The notes under the pieces: model-generated | Database searches by the model: none | Seen by the model: the letters and a program-made list of their open reading frames with translations, nothing else | What the model was told of the DNA's origin: nothing | Shown: one piece after another, positions 38,853 through 53,317 of the stretch | Layout: each line of letters begins with the position of its first letter | Numbering within the stretch: position 1 is the stretch's first letter | Position numbers and translations under genes: made by a program | Source: the human T2T-CHM13v2.0 reference genome, Homo sapiens | Strand: one strand, 5' to 3' | Length of the DNA: 64,000 nucleotides | Assembly: GCF_009914755.1 (NCBI RefSeq) | Contig: NC_060929.1

Positions 38853-39100
38853 TATAGTTATTAAGAGCATGGGCTCTGGAACCACACTGACTGGGTTAGA
38901 ACACTCATTTCTCCATTTCCTCCTTGTGGGAACCTGAAAAATTTAAATTAATCTCTCAGGGCCCTTGTTTTCACATATACAAAACCAGAAGAAAAGTAGT
39001 ACTGGCCTTCCAGGATGGTTGTAAGGACTAAACTACTTAATACATGTACAGCTCAAGGAAGATGATGAGCTCTTAATGAGTTAATCTTTTATATTATGGT
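38853..39100 (+). mobile_element. MIR(b)
   Basis: tagttattaagagcatgggctctgga...ctgggtt...aatctctc..ggccc..gttttc...aggatggttgtaaggactaaa. Confidence 0.75.
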
Positions 39101-39416
39101 GATTGCTACAGATCATCTATTTATAAAAACAAAAGCACATTATTAAAATACTATGTTTAAAGAAAGTTGTCCATGATTATTTCAGAACTATATCTGCATC
39201 TGTGTTCTCCTACACTGTGTTCTATTCTAATAGATGAGCACTCACTTCATTTTATATGTTTGTCATTTATGGAATTATTTGTAATTTCTTAAGATATTAT
39301 TTAATAAAATGTATCCTTTTTTGTATTGTCTCAGTATATTTTTAACTTATTTAGTGGCAAGCTGCTTTTGAGTTATGAAAATAAAAATCAATAGTAAAAT
39401 ACTATATATCTTTATA

Positions 39417-41714
39417 CAGGCATACTTCAAAGATTTTGTGGGTTCAATTCCAGGACACCACAATGAAGCAAATACCATAAAAAAACAAGTCACACAATTT
39501 TTTTGTTTTCCTGGTGCATACAAGAGTTGTTTAACTATACTGATCTCCATTAAGTGTGCAACAGCATTATGTCTAAAACTGTACATATCTTAATTTTAAA
39601 TACTTTATTGCTAATAAATGCTAACAATCATCTGAGCCTTCTGAGAGTTGTAACCTTTTTGCTGGCAGAGGGTCTTGCCTCCATGTTATTGGCTGCTGGC
39701 TGATCAGGCGGTAGTTGCCAAAGATTTAGGTGGCTGTGGCAGTTTTTTAAGACAACAATGAAGTTTGTTGCATCTATTTATTATTTTTCTTTTCAGGAAT
39801 AAGTTCTCAGTGACATGCAATGCTGTCTGATAGCATTTTACCCATAGTAGAGCTTCTTGCAAAATTGGATTCAGTCCTCTCAAACCCTGCCACTGTTTTA
39901 TCACCAAAGTTTATGTACAATTCTAAATCCTTTGTGGTCATCTCAGCAATGTTCAGTGTCTTCACCAGGAGTAGACTCCATCTCAAGAAACCACTTTCTT
40001 TGTTCATTCATAATAAGCAACAAATCTGTTTTGTTTTTTTTATCATAGAGACTGTGGTAATTTATATTTTCAGTTTTAGTTCTAATTCTAGTTCTCTTGT
40101 TCTGTCCACCCCATCTGCAATTACTTCCTCTGAAGTCTTGAACCCCTCAAAGTCATCCATTAGTGTTGGAGTAAACTTTCCAAATTCCTGTAAATGTTGA
40201 TAGTTTGACCTCCTCCCATGAATCCCAAATGTTCTTAATGGCATCTAAAATGGTGAATCTTTTCCAGATTTTTAATTCACTTTGCCCATATCCATGAGAG
40301 AAATCAGTATCTATGGCAGCTATGGCCCTACAAAATGTATTTCTTAAATAATAAGACTTGAAAATCAAAATTACTCCTTGATACAAATGATCAAGAGCTG
40401 CAGAATGGATGTTGGGTTAGCAGGCATGAAAACAACATTAATCTTCTGTGCATCTCCATCAGAGCTTTGGGGTGACCAGGTGAATTGTCAATGAGCAATA
40501 ATATTTTGAAAGGGTTCTTTTTCTGAGCCTCAGGTCTCAACAGAGGGCTTAAAATATTTAGTAAACCATGTTGTAAACAGATATGATGCCATCTGGGGTT
40601 TGTTCTTTCATTTGTAGAGCACAGGCAGAGTAGATTTAATGTAGTTCTTCAGCTTAAAGTCACCAGCTGCATTAGCCCTTAACAAGAGAGTCAGACTGTT
40701 CTTTGAAGCTCTGAAGCTAGGCATGGACTTTTCCTCTCTAGCTATGAAATTCCTAGATGACATTGTCTACCAATAGAAACCTCTTTCATCTACATTGAAA
40801 ATATGTTTGGTGCAGTCACCTTCATTAAATATCTTAACTAGATCATCCGGTTAACTTGCTACAGCTTCTACAGCAGCACTTGCTGCTTCACTTTGTATGT
40901 TCTTTTATGAGCCAACTTCTGCTAGCTTCCAACTTTTCTTCTTCAGCTTCCTCACCTTTCTGAGCTTACACAGAATTTAAAGAATTTAGGGTCTTGTTCT
41001 GGATTAGGCTTTGGCTTAAGGGAATGTTGAGGCTGGTTTGATCTTCAGTCCAGACCACTCAAACTTTCTCCACATCAGCAATGAGGCTGGTTTGTTTCCT
41101 TATCATTTGTATGTTTACCAGAGAACTACTTTTAATTTTCTTCAAGAACTTTTCCTTTGTATTCACAACTTGGCTAACTGTATGGTGCAAGAGGCCTAGC
41201 TTTCAGTCTCTTTTGGCTTTCCACATGTCTTACTCACTAAGCTTAATCATTTCTAGTTTTTTATTCCAAGTGAGAGGCACATGACTCTTCCTTTCAGTTG
41301 TACACTTAGAGGCCTAATTGTAATATTGTTTTGTCTCAGGGGATAGGGAGGTCTGATGAGAGGGAGAGAGATGAGGGAAAGCCTGGTGGGTAGAGCAGTC
41401 AGAACACACAGAACATTTATTAAGTTCACTGTCTTATATGGACAGGTTTGTAGCAGCCCAGCACAGTTATAATAGTAACATCAAAGATCAATGATCATAG
41501 ATCACCAAAACAGATATAAGTATAATTAAAAACTTTGAAATAGCATGGAAATTACCAAGCTGTGACGCAAATACATGAAATGAGCACATGCTGTTGGAAA
41601 AATGGTGCCAACAGACTTACTCAATGCAGGGTTGCCACAAACCTTCAATCTGTAAAAACTGTAATACCTGGAAAACACAATAAAGTGAAGTGTGATAAAA
41701 TGAGGTTATGTCTG
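39417..41714 (-). mobile_element. Near full-length Tigger1 DNA transposon with decayed transposase
   Basis: TIR-like ends caggcatacttc... and ...gaggttatgtctg, TA on both sides, about 2.3 kb. Minus-strand ORF pieces (FERTESNFARSSTMGKMLSDSIACH; LMDDFEGFKTSEEVIAD) match the Tigger1/TIGD1-type transposase. Confidence 0.95.
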
Positions 41715-42803
41715 TAATTTAAAACTGTTTAATGAACTTCATGATAAAGTACTATATAGATTTCTAGAAAAAGTTATACAGATGCTATATACTAATTGAT
41801 ATAAGACTAAAAGGAATCTATTTTTTGTTACTGATTTTCTTAATAAAAAGTTTAATTTTTCAACTGGTTCAAGTGTGCAGCTGCTTCTTGATACCTCAGG
41901 TATCTCTCAGACTAGGGATAGATAATTAAGAGGCATTAATACAGAATGAATAGTAGGGCAAAGAACTGTTCATGGAAACAACGTGAAAATAAAGAAGAAA
42001 ATTATAGCTTTGGAGAGATCAAAATAGATAATGGTAAAGTCAGTATAATGTTTTACGGTTTACAATGTGCTTTCATATACACTATTATTGTTAACATGTT
42101 TCAAGGAAGAATTTTTAAATTTCTCAATCCCTACCCTTTTGAACCATTGAAAGGATGTATTTGTTTATTATCTGATATTTAATTTTTATTTCTCCTTACT
42201 TCAAATATATACTTTTACGTGCATTCAAAATAATTTTGTGTTATCTTTCATCTTATGTAATTCTGAATAACTCTGCAAGAAATTCTCATCTATATACTTT
42301 CCTTATAGAAGTTCCATATTCCTTGTGATGAGACATTTGGGTACATAAAGAAGAGTTGCTATAGCTAGGAGCTGCTAAGAAGCATGTTAAATCCCTGCTG
42401 AGCTTACTTCAGTTAGCTAAGGGATGGGTGGTGGGGTTAAGAAAAAAAGAATAGGAGGAGGAAGAGCATATATTTCTTGCTCACATTTTCATCCACTTGG
42501 CAACTCAATCCTTTTGTGTTAACAAGCTCTTTGGGGAATATAAGTAACCACCAGGAAGGCCAGAACTGTGGATGATTCATTTTTTATCTTTTGTCTAAAT
42601 CATATCAACAGCTAGAATTGACTAGGGATTATACTACTGTATGAGAAGATGGGAAAAGAACTGGTATATAGGAAAAATAGAGAAAAAAAGGAAAAGAGAA
42701 CTGTCAAATGTTGCCAGGCTGGTTAGGCACTTAAAACTAGGAGTACTATCAGCTTACAGTTTCTTTGATAACTCCTCCTTTGTTTCTCTTTCACTGTTGG
42801 TAA

Positions 42804-43349
42804 TGTTACTGGACAGTGGTCCCCATCCAGACCCCAGGAAAGGGTTCTTGGATCCAGCACAAGAAAGATTTCAGGGCAAGTCTGCAGTGCAAAATGAAAG
42901 CAAATTTATTAAGAAAGAAAAGGAATAAAAGAATGGCTACTCCATATTCAGAGCAGCCCCGAGGGCTGCTGGTTGCCTATTTTTATGGTTATTTCTTGAT
43001 GTTATGCTAAACAAGGGGTGGATTATTCATGCCTCCCCTTTTTAGAGGGTAACTTCCTGATGTTGCCATGGCATTTTTAAACCGTCATGGCGCTGGTAGG
43101 AGTGTAGCAGTCAGGACGACCAGAGGTCACTCTCATGGCCATTTTGGTTTTGGTGGGTTTTGGCCTGCTCCCTTACTGTAAACTGTTTTATCAGCAAGGT
43201 CTTTATGACCTGCATTTTGTGTTGACCTCTTATCTCATCTGTGACTTAGAATGAATTAACCATCTGGGAATGCAGCCCAGTAGGTTTCAGCCTAATTTTA
43301 TCCAGCTCCCATTTAAGATGGAGTTGCTCTGGTTCACATGCCTCTGACA
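42804..43349 (-). mobile_element. MER41A solo LTR (ERV1)
   Basis: Reverse strand begins tgtcagaggcatgtgaaccagagcaactccatctt and ends gtaaca; 546 bp. Lacks the MER41B GAS-bearing segment. Confidence 0.9.
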
Positions 43350-43752
43350 GAAGCAAAGGATTTCCTTTATTCTTGGGCTTTCTATAAGATACTTATGATA
43401 GATGTGGAGATTCTCTTTTATTTATTCAGTATCAAGCTTCCACTAGGGATACACATTGGGGAAAGGGTGCTACTCAGAGTGGTTAGGAAGTGGGTACCAC
43501 CTATTTCCCAACTTTCTCTTTCTTTAAACTGAACTCAAATTGAATCCTAATAGGTGTATATTGCAGAGTGACCAAAAAGAAAAATAAAAGGGCAAGATTT
43601 GTGTTATGACCTAATTCATGCTCTTGTACCAAAAAGGAGCAGGGCTAATAGCTTTAGGCCTTCTCTACGTAATGCCTCTCTTCCAGATCTTAATCAGTGC
43701 TTCTAAAATTTCCCTGCCCTGCCTCTCCACACACCACAAGTGTACATGGGTG

Positions 43753-43776
43753 CACACACACACACACACACACACA
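43753..43776. repeat. (CA)12 microsatellite
   Basis: Perfect run. Confidence 0.95.
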
Positions 43777-45497
43777 CCCCATTCTCTTCTAAGACCATCT
43801 CTAACCTCTAATATTTGATTCATTAGGATCTTTCTGTGTCCAAAATATACCAGTATTTCTTGTGTTCTCCACTTTTCCTAGGCTTCAGTCTCAGGCTTTT
43901 CCTCTCCTTTTTTATGAACTTGGATTCTGTCAGGGGTAAGATACAATGTGAGTAGTATAGAGAGCCCTGGAAAATTTCTGCAAGAGTAACTTGAAAGCAG
44001 GAACACTTACCATAAGACTCAACATAGCCTGGTCTCATGAAGAAGGCACATCCCTTTCATTAATGTGACTTTGACCCTACTCCTTGAAAAAATCCATTAC
44101 TTCACAATAGAGTATGTATTTTACTAATTTCTAAGCCAGTTTATACAAATAGGCTGCTGTATAAGCTGAGAAGAACTTTGTGTCACTCGATTTACAGTGC
44201 AATCTGACTCTCTTTGTCTCCCAAGCAGAATGGATCACTTTGAATTCATCCCATTATACAAGGTGGGGAGCAGACACTCCAGCTTTCTTAAATAACACCT
44301 TGAAGACCAATTTAGTGTCTTCAACTGAAGTTTTCTGTGATAAGTTGAGAGATTTTGTATCATGCATAAGAATGACAGGAACTTACTAAGTGTTCAAAAG
44401 TATTTACTGAGTTTAATAGAAATAAGATTGGCAATTCTTACCTATATTAAATTTCTTCACTATTTGTCATATGAGGCTACTCATCCATGCAGCAAGTAAT
44501 TATTGAAGGCCTACTGTGTGCCAAGTACTGTTTCATAATACTGTTTTTCAGTGTCCACTCCCTGTCATGTGTCTGCAAGATTTACACACAAAGCATGACT
44601 TTAGTAATGGCTCTCATCATATATAATAATTTTCAAAAGGACCCAAGAGCGGAATGTTCTAACAAAGAATATGGGAATAGCTGGTGGCAGGGAGCCCTGT
44701 GTAGAATGAAAAGCTCCTGACCTCATTCTCACATACCACTCTGATATCTCAGACACTTTAGATCCTCTACCCTACCTTCTTAGATATCAAAAGCCAGGAG
44801 CAAAACAAGGCCAACTAACAAACTTGAATTCAGCTAACATATAGTATAGTGTATTTTGTAATTGACAGTAATTTTTATAATCACAAGGTTTCAACTTCCT
44901 TTTAATATAATGTTAAGTTTAAAAAAGTTTTTGTGAGGTACTTTTCCGTAATACAAAAATTATATTATGCCTAGATAGAAACTTTAAAATGAAAAGAAAA
45001 AGAGTTAATCTAATCTTCTTTTCTACCTTTTTTAGTATTATGTTTTCTAAAAGGTTTTACTGTCAGTTTATCTTATGTTAAGATACTCAAATTATTTCTC
45101 CAAGTAAATTGGTGGGACTTTTGAGAAGCAGATACCACACACACACACACTGAAGTTACATCTCTTCTGAGTGTTTAGGAACTAGGATAGGTTGATTTGC
45201 TTTATAGATGTTTGTTTTTTTTAGCAAAACTTTAGTAGAAAATGATTATATCATTAAAATTCTCTCATGATAATAGATTCATAAAAGATATTACTAGATC
45301 CAGAAATTATAGACCTTTATTCTGAGATAAGATTGTGTTTTTACTCATAATTGAGAAAATTGTACATTTAAATATTAAGAATTAGTGTGGGAATCAATAT
45401 AAAATGAAAAGAAAAAGGAAGAGAAATGTATAGCAAGCCATCATTTAAAAATAAAAAAAATATTTTTGTGGCATGAAAAAGATGGCATTAACACACC

Positions 45498-46032
45498 TCT
45501 CAACATAATTAAATTCTAGACAGGCTTCTTCCTCACTCAGATCTCCATTTTCTTAAAGTATTTACTTAAGAAAACTTATCACTGTAAATTCTTTCTCTGT
45601 TTATTTGAGATGTAAATCTTTTAGAAAGCCTCTTGCCAGTTTTATAGCCTAGGAATGTCTCTCTCAATGACTTGGGAGCCATCCCTTCGAATGTACTCAG
45701 CAAGGAAGATAGCATCCCTATCCCTCCAGTTTCTCCAGCAGGATGGGAGCCTAATTTCAGTGGGCATTTTGCTCTGAGTTGTAAAACTACTTCCTGCCTG
45801 AATATATGAGAAAGTTTACTTTTCCTCTGGGTAAGGCCAGTAATCACACATAGGTAGCCTATGCTCCCCTCCCACTCCCTACTCTAGCTGTTAAAGTCTT
45901 GAAAACTTCAGCTCTTTGTTTCAATGGCATCAACGTCAGGCTGAGTTCTGGTCTCTCTCCTGTATTCCGCTAGTCTAGAATAAAGTCTGCCTTGCCTGTT
46001 TAACTTTGTCTAGTGCAATTTTTGTTTTCACA
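45498..46032 (+). mobile_element. MER67-type ERV1 solo LTR
   Basis: tagacaggcttcttcct...gtaaattctttctctg..tttgagatgtaaatct...gggagccatccctt...aataaagtctgccttgcctgtttaac. Confidence 0.7.
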
Positions 46033-48196
46033 AGCATTATGGCATATGATTGGTTATTCTATACCTGAAGTAAGTGGTTCAGAAATACATACATTACTGA
46101 ATAAAATATTAGTATTTTGTTTCTTAAATAGTATTAGTGGGTCAGCCACCACAAATTCTACAGAAATTATATTTTATGTAATGTGTTCAAATTAAAACTC
46201 TTCTGTATCTGAATTTATCATAAATGTATCTGTTTTATATGGGGGTATATAGCCTTGTATTTGTTCCTAAATATGTGATACATTTGTTTGTCTATGGAAG
46301 AAAACACAAAAGGCATCTCTTATTCACTTAACAAATCAGTCAATAAACCCAGAGATGCTGTATTTGAACTTTAAATTTCTCATGCAGAGAATCCAATAAA
46401 TTCTTCCACAGATTCCCTTTGGCATCTGAGTACATTTCTAGTGCCCTTTAAATTTTTATGGCCATTTCTCTTCCTGTTTTACCCTAGAGACAATGTTTCA
46501 CTACGTTCACAATATTTCCATGTCTTTACTTGCTAACTCCCCCTCCCCCAATTCTGAATTAACGCATAGCTGCTAGACTTTGCTAGTTTCCCCCCAGAAT
46601 ATCTCTTTCTGGCCCTTTCACTCTCTCTCTCTCTCAACACTCTATTGTTGCCCTTAATGCACAAGTAATAAGAGATTCCTAGTATTCCCAAGGATTAACC
46701 CAAAATGTCCAATGCGCACACGCACACACATACACACGTATATATAATTGTATTTATTTATGTTCATGTTTATATTTATAGAGGCATTCAATTTTTCACA
46801 GGATCATGTAAGAAAACAATAACAAAAAGAGACCTTTATGTTAGAACATATATTGATTTACAAGAAAGGCTTAAAGATAGAGTTCATTATGTCAGAAGCT
46901 TATATATCATGAATTTGTTTTTATAAATTTAATGAATAAGAAAAACATTAGACATGTTTGATTAGTTTTAAGTCTTTAAAAACTACGTGATGTAAATATT
47001 CTTTAAAAAATATCAAGGTCAAGTAACAACAAGGAATGGAAAAATTGTATTCAGTTGAACATATTTGTTTGATAATTCAGAACTTTAATGTAAAGTGAAC
47101 ATTGCTCCAATAAGTTCATATCTTTGTGTACTATATCATTACATAAAATATTAAACAAAATATAGAAGAAATCACTTTTAAAGTATAAAATACAGAAGCT
47201 GGTCCAAGTTATATAAATTGGTTTGGCTGAGTTCACTTTATTAGTTCTTTAGTTTTAATGATGATTGTGGATCACCCATTATTGATTCTGCCCGAGTGGT
47301 GAGTAGTGATGTTGAAGAATAACAAGGTGATTGCATTGACAAGTTGTCACTTACTGTGTTGCCCTCATATCAATGGGATGCTGATGTAGTATTAATGATT
47401 TGTGCAGAGAATCCCTGAATCCTCAGTTCTAGCAATATTAACTGAAGTAAATAAAGTATTGGTAATATACAAAACCTCTTTTCTACTGTAAGTTAGCAGC
47501 TTCTTTAGCTTTTGTAAAAATTAAGCTACATTATTTATGAATTGGTTTTAATTTCAATTGATGAGATTGCTAGTAATATACTCCTTTTACCTGTCATGAG
47601 ACACGTCCTGATGAATGCAGATGATCGTTGATAGGTAGCACCTCCAATGTGCAAAATTTTACTGTGAAATTATGTGAATTTGAATGTTACTTCTGTTTAT
47701 GTTGGATTAAATTCATATTTCTAAATTCAGCAGCCTCTTCTCTCTCTCTCTTGGTTCATTTTCAACTGTCAAAAGTCACAGCTTTCCCCAAAGCATTATA
47801 AATAACATAAAACAAATGTAAACGAATGAGAAATAAGAATGACAAATTCCCAAGTTTTTCGAGGGGCAGGAGAGGAGGTGTATGAAAAATACATTCTTTA
47901 TGAAATCCATGACTAAATTCTGTATCATTTTCATAGGTTCAGGAAATTATAAAACATCAAGAAATCTTACAGATTTTCTTTTATTCTTAGGTCATCACTG
48001 ATATTTCTCTCTCTTAAATAATAAAAAGTGTGCCCCACCCAATTTTTATCCTCTGCATCACAAAAAATATATGGCAATTATAGGTAGAGTATTAGTAATC
48101 TACGAATTTTTTTCTTTTTATTCATGTCAAAATATATTTGCTGCATTATAAGGATTTAGAAACAAATTTCCACCCACAGAAAAAATTAACACTAAT

Positions 48197-49181
48197 AAAA
48201 GAAACTATCATCAGACTGAACAGGCAACCTACAGAATGAGAGAAAATTTTTGCAGTCTATCCATCTGAAAAAGGGTTAATATCCAGAATTTACAAGGAAT
48301 TTAAACAAATTTACAAGAAAAAAACAAACAACCCCATCAAAAAGTGGGTGAAGGATATGAACACTTCTCAAAAGAAGACATTTGTGCGGCCAAGGAACAT
48401 ATGAAGAAAGGCTCATCATCACTGGTCATTAGAGAAATACAAATCAAAACCACAATGAGATGCCATCTTATGCCAGTTAGAATGGTGATCATTAAAAAGT
48501 CAGGAAACAACAGATGCTGGAGAGGATGTGGAGAAATAGGAATGCTTTTACACTGTTAGTGGGAGTGTAAATTAGTTTAACCATTGTGGAAGACAGTGGT
48601 GAGTCCTCAAGGATCTAGAAACAGAAATACCATTTGACCCAGCAATCCTATTACTGGGTATGTACCCAAAGGATTAAAAATCATTCTACTATAAAGACAC
48701 ATACACACGTATGTTTATTGCAGCACTGTTCACAATAGCAAAGACTTGGAACCAACCCAAATGCTCATCAATGATAGACTGGATAAAGAAAATATGGCAC
48801 ATAAACACCATTGAATACTATGCAGCCATAAAAAAAGATGAGTTCATGTTCTTTGCAGGGACATGGAGGAAGCTGGAAACCATCATTCTCAGCAAACTAA
48901 CACAGGAACAGAAAACCAAACACTGCATGTTCTCACTCATAGTGGGAGTTCAACAATGAGAACACATAGACACAGGGAAGGGAACATCACACACCAGGGC
49001 CTGTCAGAGGGTGGGGGGCTAGGGGAGGGATAGCATTAGGAGAAGTACCTAATGTAGATGACGGGTTGATGGGTGCAGCAAACCACCGTGGGACATGTAT
49101 CCCTATGTAACAAACCTGCACGTTCTGTACCTATATCCCAGAACTTAAAGTATAATAATAAAAAAAGGAAAAAAAAAGAAA
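48197..49181 (+). mobile_element. 5'-truncated L1PA7/8-like (ORF2 C-terminus and 3'UTR)
   Basis: ORF pieces MFIAALFTIAKTWNQPKC and [12 protein letters not shown] are L1 ORF2; 3'UTR gggatagcattaggaga..tacctaatgtagatgacgggttgatgggtgcagc; poly(A). Confidence 0.95.
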
Positions 49182-49730
49182 TGTGATCGAATACACTGAA
49201 TTAATTTTTTTGATAATCATGCAGGAATATTTGCTCTTGAATCATATATGAAGTATATCTTTGACAACACAGGCCACCAAAATTTAATTAGTGACTGAAG
49301 AGTGTTGAATAAATATGTTTGTTCTACAAACGGAAAACAATTTTTTATGTCTAAAGCTTTAATGGAATTGTCACGAAATATAATTCATTTTTTTTCAAAC
49401 ATTCTTCACACTAAAATTTAAACCTCTTATGTTTCCTTTAGGATGTTCTTGACAAGAATTAGGACATGTAAGCATTAGAATTATTAAGATCTACTATTCC
49501 CATACATTAAAATACACCAAAGAATGCATAATGTTTATGCCAATTGATGTAGCTGAGGTATAATTTTTATTGTTTTTAAGCTAAACTAAAACTATGCTTT
49601 AGCAAGTGCAATTGAAATTAAAAAGTGATGTGTAATTAGAGGCCATTTTTAAGACTTTTGTTAATATTTAATGTCTACAATTACTGATATTTTGTTATAT
49701 CATCATCTACATTTCAAAACTCACCAAGTA

Positions 49731-50204
49731 CCGTTAAAAGTCTCTATGGCTGCATAACAAACCACCCTAAACTCAGTGGCTTAAAACAAACAGTATCTTA
49801 TTTGCTCCCAGTTGTGTTCCACAGTGTCAAGATCTTTAATTGGGATTTCAGGAAAGATTAAGGCATAGTTGGGACAGCTTGAATGGGGCAATATGTGTGG
49901 GTCATTGGCTATAAATATTGATTTAATTTCTAGGGTCTCCTCCATGTAGCTACTCTATGCATCCAGCTTCGGCTAACTCAAAAGGTGGTGGTTTCTAGGT
50001 TCCAAGAACAAATCTTCTAAGGAGCAAATCTTCAGTGTGCAAATGTTTTAACAAGCCTCTGTTTGCCTCATTCTTACTAATGTCCCATTGGTCAAAGCAA
50101 GTCACACGACCAAACCCAGAGTCAGTGTGAGAAGAGACCACAGAAGGATGTGAATATCTAGAGGTCTAAGTCATCTGGCACCACTGAAGTAAGAGTCTAC
50201 TACA
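49731..50204 (-). mobile_element. Old MLT1 (H/I/J-like) solo LTR
   Basis: gctgcataacaaaccaccctaaactcagtggcttaaaacaa...taatgtcccattggtcaaagcaagtcaca..accaaacccagagtca...tctactaca. Confidence 0.78.
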
Positions 50205-52992
50205 GAATTGTTGTTGGGGATGTAGAATTCCTACCTACTAGGGATCAAATTTGAATGTAGGCTTTCTAGTTTAATTTCTTATTTTTATTGTATTTTTTTC
50301 CCATTTATAATGTGAAAATCAGAGAAAAACATGAGAAGCTAAATTTATACTAAAAAGATGGTGGTGAATCTTAACAAAATCTTCTCAGTAGTTTTAAATT
50401 AACAATTGGAAAGGAAAATAAAATAGAATTGTGGACTGAGGTTTGGAGTTATAGATATAATCAATATTTCTTCAGAAACAAACCTAAAGCCAGCACATTA
50501 GACTAAGCTATCAATATGAAAATACCAATGACATCTTACACGTTTTAAAGTAGTAATAATGAGTACTATACCATTTTCATCAATCTTTTTGCACTCTCTA
50601 GAAACTTTTAGAGTTCTTCTCTGCAGTTTAAAGGAGATGTTCGTAATCAGTTTTTCATTTTTTACATAATAAGCACACTGGGTAACTTTTAAAAAATCTC
50701 TACTATATCTGTGCCTTCCACCAAATACTTGATGTTTTTGTGTTTTTATAACTTAAATTTGTTGATTCACAACTCCCACTTCTGAAACTGGACTATGACA
50801 CAGAGTGACTTGGATGTTTAAGCTACAGAATGGCTCGTATCACTTTATGTGCCCTCCTCAACATCACCGAGTAGGTATTTCACAGACTGCCTCCTTTGTA
50901 GCCTGGGTTTCATATTTTTTGCAATTGCACACAAATAACTTCCTGTCAAAGCATTTGCCATCAATCCATTTCCTTTCTCATCTGAATGTGGTTTTCTGAT
51001 TTGAATCGTTTTTCCTTTTCTCTCTTTATCTTTTCAAAGATTCTATTGTAAGAATCTCTATTTCAAGACAACCCACTTTAACTTCCTTTTGAGGTTCCCA
51101 ACACCCAGTTTCCGTTTTCAAAATGATCTTCAATAGAAGTGAGTGGAACTGATATTCTAGTAGTTGCAAAAAATATATAGAAATAGATTTGCATATATTT
51201 GAAATTCATATAATAAGAACTAAAATTGGAGAGGGATTACTTTATATGTAAAAATACTTTTTGGATTGTAAAGTGCTATACAAATTTAAGGTGTTATGAA
51301 TAATAATAGCAATGTTGATGGTGATCATGAAATCAGTAGCCTTTACTAAAGGGTATTTCAGCCATGAAGAGTTGTTCAGTTAATTTAATATTCATCAAAG
51401 AATAACTTCCAAATCATTGAACTGTCCAGATTATAATAGCAGCTATTTTAGGAATATGTTTTACATAAGTTCATTTACATATTAGAGTCTTCTTAAAAGT
51501 TCACTTTCAATGCCAATCCATGTAAGATGCAAGTTAGTAACTTGGAATCCCTATTTTCAGGTGGAATAATTAGAAGATAATTTTATAATTGACTAAGTCT
51601 GATATTTTTATAGATTGTTTACAAGTCTGTAAATGTTGGGTTTATTTTAAAATATTCTACAACGAAATACGGAGATAATATGTGTGCTATTTTGCACAAA
51701 ACAAAAAATCAATGGCAAACCTTAAGTAGCGAAGGGACATCATTGTAAACTAGTTATTGATGTGCTAAAAGTCATTTACACCTGCCATGGAAGATAGATT
51801 GTGACACTATTAATTTAACCGGCCGTGGATATACTAACATAGCTGCCATGTAAACCAGCAGTCCACCATCTGTAAAATTTTATGCATATTTTGTGCAGAT
51901 AGCTATACAATATTTTGACAATCCCAAATCAGCTTTAATCTATCAATTTCAAAGTTTGTCACCAGAAAGTTCATCTGAAGGAGAGTGTCTGTTCAATTCA
52001 TGTTAAATACAAAATGATTACAGTAGGTAACGCAAAATGCACCATTTCTTGGAAAAATAAAGTTGTTTAACATGGTTATTATGTACTTTCAAGGCATAAT
52101 ACAGTTTTTTTTAAAGCACATCTTAAAACACCAATTTACAGTAGTATAATGAAAGATATATTTTCTCACGGAAGGCATATGGCAATAGCAGTAAAAGTAA
52201 AGATGCTTTTCTGTGCAATAATTCTTCATTCACATAACAATATGTAAAGGGATAAATGGTGTAGTGCTGAATTTTCATTTCTGGTTCACTTTGAGGGAGG
52301 CTGGAGAAACTATCGCAAAGTGAACGTTTTTTCAATAGTGTCCACAGCTTTTTCATCCTTGGGCATTTAATATCATTTGGCTTTTAGGAAAGTGTGGATC
52401 CTTTTAAAAGAGAGACAGAGCTGTCTCTACAGTGTCCCCTCTTTAACCATTCCAAGGGTAGCATTAAATAGCAGTTGAAAACTACCGAGGTACACAAAGG
52501 ATCTCCCTCAAAGAAATTATAGTGAGAAATGATGTCTCGAGACAGCATTATTGCTAACATATGATCACTTAACACTTTTTATTTTTTATTTTTGTTCCTG
52601 CCAACCACCCGGTTTTAATCTAACTCAGATGTTGCATTTGGTGAAACAGCAAAAGGAAAATAATACTTCATGAAAAAATGATTAAAAAAACTAATAAATA
52701 TCATGGCTCTTCAAAAACCGTAATAAGGCGTAATCACACTAAGTACATGAATGGTGCACATATTTTGCTTGATATTAGGACACATACTCCAGGTTAGATA
52801 CATAAGGATTTTGCAATTTTTTTCCTTGTCAAGTATGCTTTTTAAATGATTAAAAATCATTCATCCCAATCTTTCTCATTGTACAAGAATTTTTGGACCC
52901 ATTTTAATGAAAGTTTTTTGTCCAATATGTTTTCTTGTAATTGTGTAACAGTTGAAGAGCACTTTCCATCAAAAAAAAAAAAAATAGGTTTA

Positions 52993-53317
<325 letters not shown>

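Noticed and set aside
39700-41284. Tigger1 transposase ORFs as a domesticated TIGD gene
   Set aside because: Fragmented over several frames with many stops.
47197-47235. Y RNA-like start (gctggtcc...agttat...aattg); similar text at 14316
   Set aside because: The match is short and gapped, with no 3' stem, tail or TSD.
48344-48959. L1 ORF2 peptides as a CDS
   Set aside because: 5'-truncated, frameshifted L1 fragment.
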